A program made the position numbers and the translations under genes. From assembly GCA_002269645.1 (NCBI GenBank), contig NIVC01003212.1:47013-111012 (forward strand): a stretch of DNA of 64,000 nucleotides. Reading direction: 5' to 3'. How positions within the stretch are numbered: the first letter of the stretch is position 1; each line of letters starts with the position of its first letter. Origin of the DNA: Macrostomum lignano (Eukaryota). This document shows positions 52,945 through 64,000 of the stretch, piece by piece. The notes under the pieces were generated by a model that worked only from the letters and a program-made list of their open reading frames with translations, was not told where the DNA came from and searched no databases.

Positions 52945-53250
52945 TTATTTTTTATTTAGTACACCTGACCTAATGGGCAGATCTGCAACTGACAGCTCAG
53001 CCGCAGCTATTGCGCGGCGCATCTGAAGCTTGCGTACGGCTGTTAAGTCCAAAGGACTGGGGGTCGCCACACACCCTCAATTACCCCAGTTGAGATGCTG
53101 GCACCCATTTTACAGCTAGGTGAACTGAAGCAATGCAGAGTTAAGTGTCGATCCTGCTTTAAGGCTGCTACATATTGTTCCGAGCGGGTCGAGAATCGAA
53201 CCCCCAACCTTTCAGTCTTGAGTCCGACGCTCTAACCACTATATAACCCC
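52945..53250 (-). mobile_element. tRNA-derived SINE, family B, with a CORE-like central domain
   Basis: The reverse strand reads TAGTGGTTAGAGCG (A box), GGTTCGATTC (B box), then GACACTTAACTCTGCATTGCTTCAGTTCACCTAGCTGTAAAATGGGTGCC and an A-rich end. Confidence 0.72.
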
Positions 53251-54262
53251 TAGCATTGCAATAGAAACAATTAGGAAAAATGATTTTCTGTAAAAAATGA
53301 ACGAAATGATTCGAGAAGTAGCCATGCAGTTCGTACGGAAAATTTAATTGAAAGCCCTATTTATACTATGGTCATAGGGCAAGGTTTTGTTTAGAAATTC
53401 GCTCCCAGTCATTTCCAAGTTCTGAGTGCTTTTGTAAACACGCAGAAAAACTGTAGGTTAGTAAACTACAAAAGCCGTGCAACAGATGGCCAACCTACTT
53501 CGTATATCTATTTATAGACTTAACTTGCTGTTTACATTTTTCTGTTATTTTTCAGAAATAATAATATAGTCGTGTTTTCTCCGACTCAAAAGGCGTTTAT
53601 AAATTTGCAGCAGAAAGTTTAGAAAAACAATTCTATTTCCGCTCATAAACAGCTGCGGTTGTACTCTAGAGTTTCTTAGAAATGAGACGCAGATCGGTAA
53701 GGATGGTGTGTAATTTGTCTCGAGAACGCTTAGCAATTCATGGAGTTTTGCCATAGACGAATTCGGTCGATAATACTTCACTAACGATACGACCAAGACC
53801 GATACACGTTTCTTATCGGCCCTCCGGCTCAGTTCTAAGAAAATCGGGTGTAGCACGTAGCTCAGTTGAGTTTTACATGTATTTGTATTATGATAACATA
53901 ATTAATTTATTGTCACCTTTAAATTAAATATAAGTCACCGAACTACGATAGCAACAATACAAAGCCATAGAAAATAGGTGCAAATTGGTTGAACTCAGAA
54001 AGGATGTAAGAAAGGTGCTAAATAAATAGTTATATTAATTCATTTTAACTAAACCTCGCAGTAATTGCTACTAAGGGTAGTGCATATGCTGATATGAGTA
54101 AACATGTTCATCTGAGCAACAACCAACAGTCACACTGGTCCGCAAAACTAATGTTATAGCAGTGACAACTAGAGACAGCAATAATGCACGAATTAAAAAA
54201 TCATAAATAGCAATTGATCAGTCACTCTTGGCACAGATTGACACTAATTTGTATCACAAATT

Positions 54263-55595
54263 TTAGCCTTGCAGAAACATTTTGGTCAGCTGATCGCGAG
54301 TGTCCTCAGGCGAGGTCACCTGGTGCCCGGTTGTTAGGGGGTCTTCGTAGATCTCGTAGTCGTTGCCTCCCTGTTTTGGCAATTGTATTTAGGGATCATT
54401 GGATTTGGGGATCATTGGATTTGGGGATCATTGGATTTTGGGATCATTGGATTTGGGGATCATTGGATTTGGGGATCATTGGATTTGGGGATCATTGGAT
54501 TTGGGGATCATTGGATTTGGGGATCATTGGATTTGGGGATCATTGGATTTGGGGATCATTGGATTTGGGGATCATTGGATTTGGGGATCATTAGAGCTGG
54601 GATCATTAGATCTGGGATCATTAGATCCGGAATCATTGGATATGGGAAGCACCCTGCACCCCAAAACTCACCGGCAAAGTCTTGTCCCCGAAGAAGTGAA
54701 TCTCCTTGAAGCGGTCCTTGACGAACCGCAGGCAGTAGCGCTTGTCCCAGCCGGCCGGGAAGGCGTCAATGCTGATCTGGCCGCCGATGCTGAACACCAG
54801 GCCGTATTTGTCGAACTGGCGACGCAGGGCCTCAACAAAGGCGGCCCGGATTCCGCGCTCTTTGTCGTATTCTACGAACGCGTCGCGCTCTGATTGGCTG
54901 CAGTTCCGACCAATGGGAGACACGTTCAGCATGCCGTTGCGAAACTCAATAAAGGTGCCGCGCTTCACCGGGATGTCCAAGTCGGCGATGTAGCGGAGAC
55001 AGAAGTTTATGAACTCTTGAAGCCGCTGCTCCCCGAGGAAGTTCAGAATGCTCTCCTTGCCTGGCATTCGATTTGGGGAAACGGCAGGTTGGGATCATTG
55101 GATCTGGGATCATTGGATCTGAGATTATTGGTTCTGGGATTATTGGATCTGGAATTTGTGATAAGCAGATTTAAAAATATTAGACTTATAATCAAGTTTG
55201 GGATCAATTGAATTGGGATAATTGGAACTTCAATTAATAAATTTGGGATCATTATTTGATTTGGAATCAACAGGATCATAGTAGTCATATCAGATAACTA
55301 CATCAATGATCACTGAGCAATTTGACTAACCAATGAGCTCTCCTCCAAGCTTATAAGCCATCAGGCCGTTCTCTACAAACACATATTCGAACGAGAGACC
55401 CAGTTGGCTCTCTTTGAAGTCGCCGCCGAGCTGCTCCTGGACTTTGGACAGGTCGGAACCGCCGACCACAGCCAGGGGGACTTTGGCGGACAGGTCGATA
55501 AGAAACTGGGCCATGTCAGGGGTGATGCTCTGCCGTGGCTTGGTCAGGGTGCCGTCAACATCGAATAGGCAAAGGATGTCCTCTCGTCTGCTCAT
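54263..55595 (-). CDS. PMM: Phosphomannomutase (HAD-IIB family), 253 aa; exons 55595-55331, 55060-54672, 54370-54263
   Basis: Motifs [70 protein letters not shown] and FFGDKT..|GGNDYEI. Junction phases 1 and 0 are consistent. Confidence 0.98.
54392..54640. repeat. 16-bp GGATCATTGGATTTGG satellite in PMM intron 2
   Basis: About 14 copies. Confidence 0.94.
55088..55270. repeat. Degenerate 8-bp GGATCATT/GGATCTGG repeat in PMM intron 1
   Basis: Related to the intron 2 array but more decayed. Confidence 0.7.
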
Positions 55596-55664
55596 TTTTA
55601 TCGGTGACCTTTCACTGTAGCACTGCAATGATGAGGAGTGCTCGAATTATTATCGGGATTCAAC

Positions 55665-56062
55665 TTGGGGATCTGTACGGTAGGGATCGGGATCTGTAGA
55701 GTAGGGATCGGGATCTGTAGAGTAGGGATCGGGATCTGTAGAGTAGGGATCGGGATCTGTAGAGTTGGAATCGGGATCTGTAGAGTTGGAATCGGGATCT
55801 GTAGAGTCGGAATCGGGATCTGTAGAGTTGGAATCGGGATCTGTAGAGTTGGAATCGGGATCTGTAGAGTTGGAATCGGGATCTGTAGAGTTGGAATCGG
55901 GATCTGTAGAGTTGGAATCGGGATCTGTAGAGTTGGAATCGGGATCTGTAGAGTTGGAATCGGGATCTGTAGAGTTGGAATCGGGATCTGTAGAGTCGGA
56001 ATCGGGATCTGTAGAGTTGGAATCGGGATCTGTAGAGTTGGATCGGGATCCGTAGAGTCGGG
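55665..56062. repeat. 21-bp minisatellite (GGGATCTGTAGAGTTGGAATC) upstream of the PMM start
   Basis: About 18 copies. Confidence 0.95.
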
Positions 56063-58201
56063 AGCTAAGAACTTGCACAGTTGAGTTGGAATTTATTGAT
56101 GACTGCCGAGGCTTCCAATCTGATGCCAGCACACCTGGGCGCTAAACAAATATAATTCACAGGTGGCGGGTGCTATTAAGACTCTGGAGATTCCGGTACT
56201 ATATTTGCCCATGCATTTCGAAGTGAATTTTCTATCGGAATAGGTTATATTTGTACAGCTGAGCAAGATTAGTAGAGTAAAAAAGTAAGCAGGCATTACC
56301 TCGCTCTTAGGTAATCAAACTTGCCCAATAAAAGCAATAAATTTAAGTTAGGCTTTAGCGATACGAGCTATCCAGACGTTTTACTTCGTAGATAGAGAAT
56401 AAAAATGGCTAAGCGTATTGCTTAGGTTGTTTATATACAAGTTATTCATAAAACGAGAGTTAACTAGGCACGATGGACTCAGATATAGCATTCTCCTGGC
56501 ACCTGATGCACACTGTTTACTTATCAATGCAAGGTTAATTAGATTTGGTTTTCTCTAGTTAGTTAAGTCATTTAACAAAATGGTGACTCATTTTGGTGTC
56601 CCAAACCAGCAATATGGCGCCCAATTTAGCTCAATATAGGAAATTTATTATCTAGATAGTTAGATAGATTTAGATAATGTACGACATATTGTAATCCTAT
56701 TATATACTAAAAACATATCTCTGATACTTTTCCTAAATTTATAATAGTATTAGTAAATTGCCATGTCTATGATTTTAAAATATAAAGAAAAAAATATAAG
56801 TAATATAAAGGCATAAGATTACTTTTTGAAAAATTTTTAAATGTAAGTATAATAATAAATACTCACATACTATTAAATTAATGTATAGATATTAAAGATA
56901 ATCGAAATTCTAGTATGTTACATATATATATATATATATGTCCATAATTTAAGCTAAGCATGTTAAGCTGCAAAAGTTAACGTTTGACAATAAGTGAATT
57001 ATGAACAGCGTAAGTAGCTAGTAAAAAGAGAGCATCTCAATGCACTAATTAAATAACCTAGGAGTCTAGGACTAGGACTAGGTGCAGGACTAGGACTATG
57101 TAATGTCATCTTATTCCTAATGTGAATAGAGGAATTCTCTTTGTGTAATTTTAAAGTATTCAATTCACAGAAGTCCTAACTTCAGACTTTTAATCTACAT
57201 CATATTCGAAGCACTCTATACTTAGAATGGACATTTCGCATAAATATAACAAGCTTCCAGTTCCATCAGGGACCAAAAAACCAGGTTGATTGACAGATCC
57301 AAGTCTATAAATTTTCCAATATGAGCCTACGTGCAAGCTACGTCGCTTGGGCTAGGCAAAGTCTAGCCATGTGTCAATTCGACCACAAAATAATAATTCT
57401 TACTTTTTATTCAGTTGAGCTTGTGCGAAGTATGTGTCAATAAAAGTATTGTTAGATATTTACAGAAAAAATATTTCAAAATGTTAAATGTTTTTATATA
57501 AACCTTCGAATTGTTAAAATATATATTAAGATTTTAAACTAGTTTCTAATTCATCGTTGTTGTTTTACTTACCAGCATGTTTAATAACAAATGCCGGATC
57601 TCTGGACAATTCTGTGGCTATCTTATTTTGTTAACTTTCAGTTTATTTCTCTTCTGTCACTGTTGAATAATACAGGCATAAATAGAGCATTAATTTACAT
57701 TTCGTATGAATGGCGGCTGTGGCGTTTTGGCAACAGCGCAGTCGACAAATTACTATTCATATATAAATCGGTGCACATATTAATCGGTGCATTCATACAG
57801 TTTTGTGCTTCATTGATTAGAATTCTGCGATAGAGATGCAAATACGAGTATTTCTATCCAAATACACAAGCACCATATGGCATGTAATTGGCTATGTATG
57901 CATATAATAATAAACTACACATAATAGCTACATATATAGTTCTAGTATAGCCCGTTTGAACCGACTAATTGAAAATTTTGTTAACAGAGCCTAGAAAGTG
58001 GAAGCAAAAAAAACAAGACAAAAGCAAAAGACAATTTAAAATTAAATATCGATAATCAGGTGGCCTCAAACTGACGCCAAAACTTTTAAAGTATATATTG
58101 AAATCAATACGATGCAAATAAGGAAAATAATTGGCAAGTACAAATCTTTTTTTAAATTAGTTATAACTACCATTTAAATCAATAATGGCACGCCGATTTC
58201 A

Positions 58202-58927
58202 TTAGTCGTCCTGAAAGTCCAAATCAAATTTCTCGGACTCCACAGCTGTTTCGGCTTGCCTTCGCGACCGGGCCCTGATGCCTAGGCGTTTCAGTTTCGC
58301 TGAAGCGGAGGCGACGGCCGAGTGACGCAGCGCCGCCTCGACTTGCCGCAGCTCCTGGGCGGTGAGGCCGCGCGGCACCCGGTCAGTCCACGAGCGGCAC
58401 CGTTTGATAAAGAATCGCCGCTTGCATTTGCGTCGTCGAACTGGGGTTGTCTTGGCAACCAGCTGGCCGGTGGCGACGCTGTGCACGACGCCGAATTCTA
58501 CGGTGTCCGAGTCGGTGAGACGCCGGCCAGCGCCGATGTAGGTTTCGTAGTGGCCTCTGCGAACCAGCGAGTCCACCTCGAACCTGAAGGTTTGAAACAG
58601 CACCGAGCGGGCGAAGGTCAGAGCCTGCAGACGCGAGGCCACCTCAGCTGGGAGGCCGCGCGCCAGTACAGCAGCTCGAAGCTTCGATCGCGACACGGAG
58701 CCTTTCACTGCCCGGGTTCGAACCCGGGGCGTGCCTTGGATTAGGCAGGTGGGACAGATCGTGTTGCGAGGCTGCTTGGATGCCACCCGGCCGATCTGGC
58801 GGAGCACCGCGGACACGACGCCGGCTTCGGAGCGCCGGCTGAGAGCGCGCAGTGCAAAGCCGGACATAGCCGGGGACACTGCCCAGCAACTGAGGCTGAG
58901 ACATGCAATTAGCACAGACAAACGCAT
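58202..58927 (-). CDS. Unassigned secreted, highly basic 241-aa precursor (single coding exon)
   Basis: True ATG start, signal peptide MRLSVLIACLSLSCWAVSPA and a GC-rich ORF in AT-rich DNA. Acceptor-like CTGCTAG lies 1 nt before the ATG. Dibasic or furin-like sites RALSRR and RARSRR; acidic C-terminal tail. Confidence 0.8.
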   Translation of the reverse strand: MRLSVLIACLSLSCWAVSPAMSGFALRALSRRSEAGVVSAVLRQIGRVASKQPRNTICPTCLIQGTPRVRTRAVKGSVSRSKLRAAVLARGLPAEVASRLQALTFARSVLFQTFRFEVDSLVRRGHYETYIGAGRRLTDSDTVEFGVVHSVATGQLVAKTTPVRRRKCKRRFFIKRCRSWTDRVPRGLTAQELRQVEAALRHSAVASASAKLKRLGIRARSRRQAETAVESEKFDLDFQDD

Positions 58928-59300
58928 TCTAGCAGTTTTATCGCTATTCCGTTCTGTTTTAACTAGGCTGCTAATTAAAACTAGACTGATTTAATTGTCT
59001 TCAACAGCTGTGAATCGCTCAGCTTTACTTATATGCTCGAGCTTCGCAAGGATTCGTTTCCGCTTTCCGACTTGTCGGTCGCGATTTCCCAATCTTCACC
59101 CCCATAGATGGCAGTGTCGGGCAGTGGGTTAAGTTGAACCAGGGCGAGTCAGTTAGAATATGCTTTTTCACATAGTCTGAGTCTGATTCTTATCGAGGTT
59201 TCTTAGTAGCTGATAAGCCACCTACGCAATAAAGAGCTTTTTGCCTGGCCCGTAGGCTTATCGAAAGAAAAATATGACGAATTGCGATTTCGGGCTATTT

Positions 59301-59645
59301 CTTCTCCTCTCCTCTCCTCTCCTCTCCTCTCCTCTCCTCTCCTCTCCTCTCTCCTCTCCTCTCCTCTCCTCTCCTCTCCTCTCCTCTCCTCTCCTCTCCT
59401 CTCCTCTCCTCTCCTCTCCTCTCCTCTCCTCTCCTCTCCTCTCCTCTCCTCTCCTCTCCTCTCCTCTCCTCTCCTCTCCTCTCCTCTCTCTCTCTCTCCT
59501 CTCCTCTCCTCTCTCCTCTCCTCTCCTCTCTCTCTCTCCTCTCCTCTCCTCTCCTCTCCTCTCCTCTCCTCTCCTCTCCTCTCCTCTCCTCTCCTCTCCT
59601 CTCCTCTCCTCTCCTCTCCTCTCCTCTCCTCTCCTCTCCTCTCCT
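59301..59645. repeat. (CTCCT)n pentanucleotide microsatellite
   Basis: Directly visible. Confidence 0.98.
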
Positions 59646-60834
59646 TTCGTCTTTCAAAGTAAATAAACCCAAGCACGTAGCACACAGAGCACGATGTAAT
59701 CTAAATCAGATTTCGTTCGCGTTTTTCACACTTGAGCATAACTACAGTCACTGATGGTATTGCATTCTCATGCGGCACTGAGATTTATTTGAATCTTAAT
59801 GAAACAGAAAAATTAACGAAACTTTCTCTTCAATCGAGCTGTAATTTCTGTAGACGAGTCTGTCTGCTTGTGTGTCTCTCTCTGGCATTGTCAGAATTCA
59901 TTTAAAATTCAACACGCCCGTGGTACACATGTTATATATGGCTCGTATAGCATCAAATCCCCAGCTGATGAGATGTCTCTCTTCTATCAGCAGAAGACCG
60001 CAGCAAAAGCAGCCACCGCCATCTCTCGTCTCCCTCGAGGCCAGAGGACCTTCTCGGGAAAAATAGCCAATGGTATGCATGTAGGCTGGGCAGCTGAAGA
60101 AGACTCGGCAACACTATTTAATTATTGAGTCGGCGGCAGTTCTTCCGCCTGAAACTGGCAGCTAGCTGAGGGAAAGACGACTATATAGAGATCTGCAGCT
60201 CTAAGGATGCGACGCTTGGGAGCTTCTCTATCTCCCTTGGGAAGGGAAGGCTGAGATATGCATGCAGTCACGACAGGGGGTGCCGTTGCTGGGGCTTGGA
60301 GTGATGATCTGAGGCGAAGAAGAGCAGAGAGCCTGATTTATTACCCGTCCCGGTGCCTCATCATTAGAGACTGCTAGAGAGAGAGAAGCTGCGGAACTTC
60401 ACAGCCTAACTCGCTTAATCCTGACTTTTTGTCGGATTTAGTCAGACTCAGATCAGTTCAGTGTGTGCGTGTGTATTTGTATTAGATTGCTGCATTATTG
60501 CAGAACTATTCGATACAAGCCTTAGAAACCCAAGAACGATTAGAAAGTCAGGGCTGCTGTGCACCCTGTATGAGCGTGTGTGAGTGCGCGCCTGCGTACA
60601 GCATTGGAATGGGCAGAATTGCTGTCAACGCAGCCCACCTGCAAAAAATATTACTTTAGACTGGCGGATTGATTGTCCCTTTCCACTCTTGCTGATGGCT
60701 CCTAAAGCAAAGTGCCATTCACCGCCTCACGTGCGCTCAGTTTCAGCTACGATTATTTCTTGTGAGAAATATCTAATTTCCTGATTATTCAATAGTGCTC
60801 TGACTTTGGCTTCTAAATACCCGAGTCTCGCTGC

Positions 60835-61999
60835 CAGGGACGTCGCCATGGATTTTATGGTGGATGGGGACAAAGCCAAGTATTCTACGTGTACATGTAC
60901 ATTATTTTCAGAATCGGTGTTGTCAGCGCTCATTTTTGCTCGGCAGGCACTTATTTCAGCACCGCAGGCACTCATTTCAGCACCGCAGGCACTCATTTCA
61001 GCACCGCAGGCACTCATTTTAGCGCCGCAGGCACTCATTTTAGCGCCGCAGGCACTCATTTTAGCTCCGCAGGCACTCATTTTAGCACCGCAGGCACTCA
61101 TTTTAGCTCCGCAGGCACTCATTTTAGCTCCACAGGCACTCATTTTAGCTCCGCAGGCACCCATTTTAGCTCCGCAGGCACTCATTTTAGCTCCGCAGGC
61201 ACTCATTTTAGCTCCACAGGCACTCATTTTAGCTCCACAGGCACTCATTTTAGCTCCGCAGGCACCCATTTTAGCTCCGCAGGCACTCATTTTAGCTCCG
61301 CAGGCATTCATTTTAGCTCCGCAGGCATTCATTTTAGCTCCACAGGCACTCATTTTAGCTCCACAGGCACTCATTTTAGCTCCACAGGCACTCATTTTAG
61401 CTCCGCAGGCACTCATTTTAGCTCCGCAGGCACTCATTTTAGCTCCACAGGCACTCATTTTAGCTCCGCAGGCACCCATTTTAGCTCCGCAGGCACTCAT
61501 TTTAGCTCCACAGGCACTCATTTTAGCTCCGCAGGCACCCATTTTAGCTCCGCAGGCACTCATTTTAGCTCCGCAGGCACCCATTTTAGCTCCGCAGGCA
61601 CTCATTTTAGCTCCGCAGGCACCCATTTTAGCTCCGCAGGCACTCATTTTAGCTCTGCAGGCACTCATTTTAGCTCCGCAGGCACTCATTTTAGCTCCAC
61701 AGGCACTCATTTTAGCTCCGCAGGCACTCATTTTAGCTCCGCAGGCACTCATTTTAGCTCCACAGGCACTCATTTTAGCTCCGCAGGCACTCATTTTAGC
61801 TCCACAGGCACTCATTTTAGCTCCGCAGGCACTCATTTTAGCTCTGCAGGCACTATATTTTGTCATCTTGAAGCAAATGATTGATTTTCATAACGGGTCT
61901 TGAGGTTTGGTGGGGGGGGGACAAAGCATTGGCATGTCCCCCCTCACAACTTTTACTGGGGGGACATGTCCCCCTGTCCCTCCGGTGGCGACGCCCCTG
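60835..61999. mobile_element. hAT-type MITE carrying a ~920-bp array of the 21-bp minisatellite
   Basis: TIRs CAGGGACGTCGCCA (60835) and TGGCGACGCCCCTG (61999). 8-bp TSD CTCGCTGC / CTCACTGC with 1 mismatch. The internal array spans 60935-61855. Confidence 0.8.
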
Positions 62000-63074
62000 C
62001 TCACTGCTACCTCTATTAGTTTATTAGTAAATCAATCAGCTACTCTGCTAGCCAAGATGACAGACTACTCGTAACAACTCAAGCATTCTGCAGTAACGAA
62101 TTGTTCAATTTTTTTAAAGCCCGCGATAATTTTGCTCGCGTCATGTGGCTTCCTGACTGACTGCATGATTATTCGAGGCTCTTATTAAAAAATTGACTTC
62201 TCTAATTGAAAGCAATCGATCAATCAATCTCTAAAATTAGTGGAAGCGTTTCCAGTACAGTGCATTAAGTTATAATAAGAGCACTAACAAATAGAGAGGC
62301 TAGAAGAAAGGGAGAAAATGAGAGAGAAAGAGAGGGATGGAGCAGGGAGGGAGGGAGAGAGATGGAGGGGGAGAGGAAGATGCTGATTCAGAAAGATGCA
62401 GCACAATTTCCAACTATCTCTTCAGCAAAAAAGGGGAAAACATGGAAGAACTGTCATAAGCATTACATTTTCAGTTTAACCCTCACAGCCTAAAAATAGT
62501 TGGTACATGTACATAAGTGGGCGGTTGACGCAGAGGGGAGTTGCGTGTACGCTGAAGTGCAATCTTATTGCAGTTTAAGTTGAATAATTTACAACTGCAA
62601 CCGTACGCACGAAGCTCTCGTGTGAGGGATGTGTCAGCAGCTTTCTAAAACGAGAGAAAGCCTGAAAGAATTCCGAAGGCAGCCTGTAAAATTCAGCTTC
62701 TGCCGCGAGTGTCAAAGTCTATTGGGACAGGATGGCAAAGCGTACAGAATCGGCAAGTGCATGGAAAAATATTGCAGTAGAGTAAGCAAGATTGGTTTTG
62801 AGTAATCGGCTTGAAAGTAGAGCATAGCTACAGGCCCTCATTAACGCTAATAGGTTTTTCGGCCTCTTAAACCACACCCTGCGCTCTCTGCCTTCTGCTA
62901 GCCTGCGATTCCTTGATTGAGGAACTGATGGAGCAGCTTTCTGTGATCAGGACGGGCTGACTGCCATCAACTGGATTCACTGAACTCATCTCTGTGTCCC
63001 CCTCTCTTCATCGCCTACAGCCATGCTTAGCGAATGGCTGCCACTCTCATCTCTCCTTGCAACTGAACTAAGCA

Positions 63075-64000
63075 CTCGCTCTCTCCCTCTCCCTCTCCCT
63101 CTCTCCTTCTCTGCTTCTCTCCCTCTCTCCCGCTCCCTCTCTCCCTCTCTCTCTCCCTCTCTCCCTCTCTCCCTCTCTGCCTCTCTCCCTCTCTGCCTCT
63201 CTCTCCCTCTCTCCCTCTCTCCCTCTTACCCTCTCTCCCTCTCTCTTCTCTCCCTCTCTCCCTCTCTCCCTCTGCCTCTCTGCCTCTCTCCCTCTCTCCC
63301 TCTCTGCCTCTCTCCCTCTCTCCTTCTCTCGCCTCTCTCCCTCTCTCCCTCTCTGCCTCTCTGCCTCTCTCCTCTCTCTGCCTCTCTCCCTCTCTCCCTC
63401 TCTCCTCTCTCCCTCTCTGCCTCTCTCTCTCCCTCTTACCTTCTCTCCCTCTCCCTCTCTCCCCTCTCTGCCTCTCTCTCTCCCTCTTACCTTCTCTCCC
63501 TCTCTCCCTCTCTCCCTCTTACCCTCTCTCCCTCTTACCCTCTCTCCCTTTACCCTTTCTCTCCCTCTCTCCCCTCTGCCTCTCTGCCTCTCCCTCTTCC
63601 CTCTCTCCCTCTCTCCCTCTCTGCCTCATTGCTCTCCCTCTCTCCCTCTCTGCCTCTCTCCCTCTCTGCCTCTCTCCCTCTTACCCTCCTCTCCCTCTCT
63701 GCCTCTTCCCTCTTACCCTCTCTCCCTCTCTGCCATTCTGCCCCTCTCCTCCCTCTCTCCCTCTCTCCCTCTCTCCCTCTCTCCTCTCTCCCCTCTCTGC
63801 CCTCTTCCCTCTCTGCCTCTCTCCCTCTCTGCCTCTCTCCCCTCTTCTGCCTCTCTGCCTCTCTCCCTCTCTCTGCCTCTCTCCCTCTCTGCCTCTCTCT
63901 CCCTCTCTCCTCTCTCCCTCTTACCCTCTCTCCCTCTTCTCCTCTCTCCTCTCCCTCTCTCCCTCTCTGCCTCTCTCCCTCTCTGCCTCTCTCCCTCTCT
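63075..64000. repeat. CT-rich low-complexity satellite (CTCTCTCCCT / CTCTGCCT / CTCTTACC units)
   Basis: Runs to the end of the window. Confidence 0.95.

Overview
Eukaryotic (metazoan) genomic DNA with GC-rich exons, canonical GT-AG introns and a very high load of micro- and minisatellites. This texture is typical of the flatworm Macrostomum lignano, but the species assignment is inference only. Eight recognisable genes were reconstructed by hand with phase-consistent splice junctions: the 3' end of DLG5 (+), PDCD2L (+), OSTM1 (+), a 10-exon nicotinic acetylcholine receptor alpha subunit (-), a 14-exon EFCAB6-like EF-hand protein (+), a GH47 alpha-1,2-mannosidase (-) nested in the first intron of that gene, S-adenosylmethionine synthetase (+) and phosphomannomutase (-). 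There are also two unrecognised ORFs: a Q-rich 130-aa ORF and a single-exon, strongly cationic 241-aa secreted precursor with a Cys-closed hairpin. Mobile DNA includes a 2.2-kb solo-LTR-like element with a TSD and an intact-looking AP-1/CRE/CCAAT/TATA promoter antisense to the receptor gene, several TIR elements with 8-bp TSDs (two carrying satellite cargo), two tRNA-derived SINE families and a 5'-truncated RTE-like LINE. Most long ORFs in the supplied track are translation artefacts of tandem repeats. No rRNA, bona fide tRNA or CRISPR array was found.
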